DNA of 52,919 bases. Origin: a virus. How positions within the stretch are numbered: the stretch's first letter is position 1; every line of letters starts with the position of its first letter. The DNA lies in IMG/VR virus record IMGVR_UViG_3300045988_125841, positions 1-52,919 of that record; one strand, given 5' to 3'. Made by a program: the position numbers and the translations under genes. A model generated the notes under the pieces. It was given only the letters and a program-made list of their open reading frames with translations. It was not told where the DNA came from and ran no database searches. Shown piece by piece: positions 51,816 through 52,919 of this stretch.

Positions 51816-52841
51816 ATGAAGAAAAGAAAAGACGGAAGATATTTAAAAGTCGTTACAATCAACGGTAAACGGTTGTATTTTTACAGTAGTAAAACTACGG
51901 AACAACAAGCTGAACGTGACATTAATCGTCAAATTCTTGCTTACACCAAGCAAGAAGAAAGAGGCAAACTGTTTAGTGAAGTTGCAGAAGAATGGGAAGA
52001 AGAACATTTTCCTAAGATAGAGTATAATACCGCAAAAAGATATAAAATTTTACTTAGTCACGCAGTAGAAGAATTTGATGATAGATATATCAAAGAAATA
52101 CAGCCTATCGATATTGAGCAATATTTAGACTATTACGTAACAAGAGATTATGCAACAAAAACCATAAAGGACCAATTATCCATAGTCCGATTAGTTTTTA
52201 AATACGCCTATATAAAAGGCTATGTTGAAAATGACCCTACAAGATATATTAGTCCTCCAAAAGGCAAGTCAGCTATCAAACGACAACCTCTTACAGAAGA
52301 AGAAACCGAAGCAGTGAAAAATAGTCTAAATTGTTCTTTTGGTTTATTCCCATATTTTTTGTTATACACCGGATTAAGAAAAGGCGAAGCTCTTGCTTTA
52401 CAGTTTAAAGATATTGATTTCGATAATAAAGAAATTAATGTTTATAAATCTGTATATCATAAAAGCAACGTCCCTCATATTAAAGGTACTAAAACAGAAA
52501 ACGGCACTCGCAAAGTGGTTTTGCTTGATGTATTAGCAGATAAACTTCCTAAAGGAAAAGATGAAAATTTTATATTTTCGATTGACGGTACAAAGCCACT
52601 CGGTTATTCAGCTTTTCAACGTCGTTGGGATAAATATAAAAAAGAAACAGGACTTGATATAACTGCTCATCAGTTGCGTCATACTTACGCAACAATACTT
52701 TTTGAAGCAGGGATAGACGTAAAAGATGCTCAACATTTATTAGGGCATAGCGACATTTCGGTTACAAGAAATATTTATACACATATTCGTACAAATCACT
52801 TTAAAGAAACCGTAGAAAAATTAAATACATTTATGAATTAG
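51816..52841 (+). CDS. int: Tyrosine recombinase (phage integrase)
   Basis: 'TGLRKGEALAL' (box I Arg), 'AHQLRHTYAT', and 'LGHSDISVTRNIYTHI' (His-x-x-Arg ... Tyr). It lies next to attR. Confidence 0.95.
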   Translation: MKKRKDGRYLKVVTINGKRLYFYSSKTTEQQAERDINRQILAYTKQEERGKLFSEVAEEWEEEHFPKIEYNTAKRYKILLSHAVEEFDDRYIKEIQPIDIEQYLDYYVTRDYATKTIKDQLSIVRLVFKYAYIKGYVENDPTRYISPPKGKSAIKRQPLTEEETEAVKNSLNCSFGLFPYFLLYTGLRKGEALALQFKDIDFDNKEINVYKSVYHKSNVPHIKGTKTENGTRKVVLLDVLADKLPKGKDENFIFSIDGTKPLGYSAFQRRWDKYKKETGLDITAHQLRHTYATILFEAGIDVKDAQHLLGHSDISVTRNIYTHIRTNHFKETVEKLNTFMN

Positions 52842-52855
52842 TCAAGCATTAGTCA
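52838..52855 (+). repeat. Two TTAGTCA arm-type repeats adjacent to attR
   Basis: 'ttagtca' at 52838..52844 (overlapping the int stop codon) and at 52849..52855. Confidence 0.55.
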
Positions 52856-52864
52856 GATATGACC

Positions 52865-52919
52865 CGAAACCGCATATTCATTAAATATTTAAGGGGTTCG
52901 AATCCCTCCGGGCGTACCA
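52865..52919 (+). repeat. attR core (right copy of the 55-bp direct repeat)
   Basis: Identical to 1..55. The window ends at the repeat, so any extension to the right cannot be assessed. Confidence 0.85.

Larger units (their letters stand above)
1..52919. mobile_element. Integrated temperate phage (prophage) bounded by attL/attR direct repeats
   Basis: A 55-bp perfect direct repeat sits at both window ends. The integrase lies next to the right repeat. Complete lysogeny, replication, packaging, head, tail and lysis modules are present. Confidence 0.9.

Overview
The window is a complete integrated temperate phage of about 52.9 kb. It is bounded by a perfect 55-bp direct repeat (1..55 and 52865..52919) that ends in a tRNA-like T-arm, acceptor strand and CCA.

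Gene order, right to left:
- A plus-strand lysogeny module: tyrosine integrase, three small membrane proteins, an ImmA-like HExxH protease and an XRE/CI-like repressor.
- A divergent switch with consensus promoters and a Cro-like gene.
- A long minus-strand early/replication operon: RecT, MBL-fold protein, HNH/DUF968-like protein, SSB, DnaD-like initiator with internal iterons, RuvC-like resolvase, a Lar-MazG fusion and many small ORFs.
- A two-gene plus-strand moron with its own consensus promoter and a bidirectional terminator.
- A roughly 33.6-kb minus-strand late operon: TerS, TerL, portal, scaffold, capsid, a 203-aa and an 837-aa tail protein, fibres/spikes, holin, an Amidase_3 endolysin, a GH73+NlpC/P60 hydrolase, a 602-aa N/Q-rich repeat protein and a 4501-aa ORF.

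I see no tape measure, tube or sheath gene, so I infer a podovirus-like virion. The endolysin and holin types and the low GC content suggest a Clostridia-type host.

The most unusual content, in order:
1. The 13.5-kb ORF, about 25% of the element. It combines an N6-adenine methyltransferase, an SNF2/DEAH helicase (a P1 DarB-like pairing), an HExxH metallopeptidase motif and more than 2500 aa that I cannot assign. It reads as a virion-delivered polyvalent counter-defence protein.
2. A well-formed 112-aa alternative-frame ORF with its own Shine-Dalgarno (SD) site, nested exactly in the disordered linker of the giant ORF.
3. An acr/aca-like moron: a very acidic 88-aa protein plus an RHH protein behind an operator-bearing consensus promoter.
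4. A lysogeny-side membrane protein that carries a copy of a 31-aa segment of the phage's own scaffold protein.
5. A promoter-plus-terminator pair that predicts a roughly 45-60-nt antisense sRNA inside the early operon.

All functional calls come from reading motifs by eye. No database search was run.
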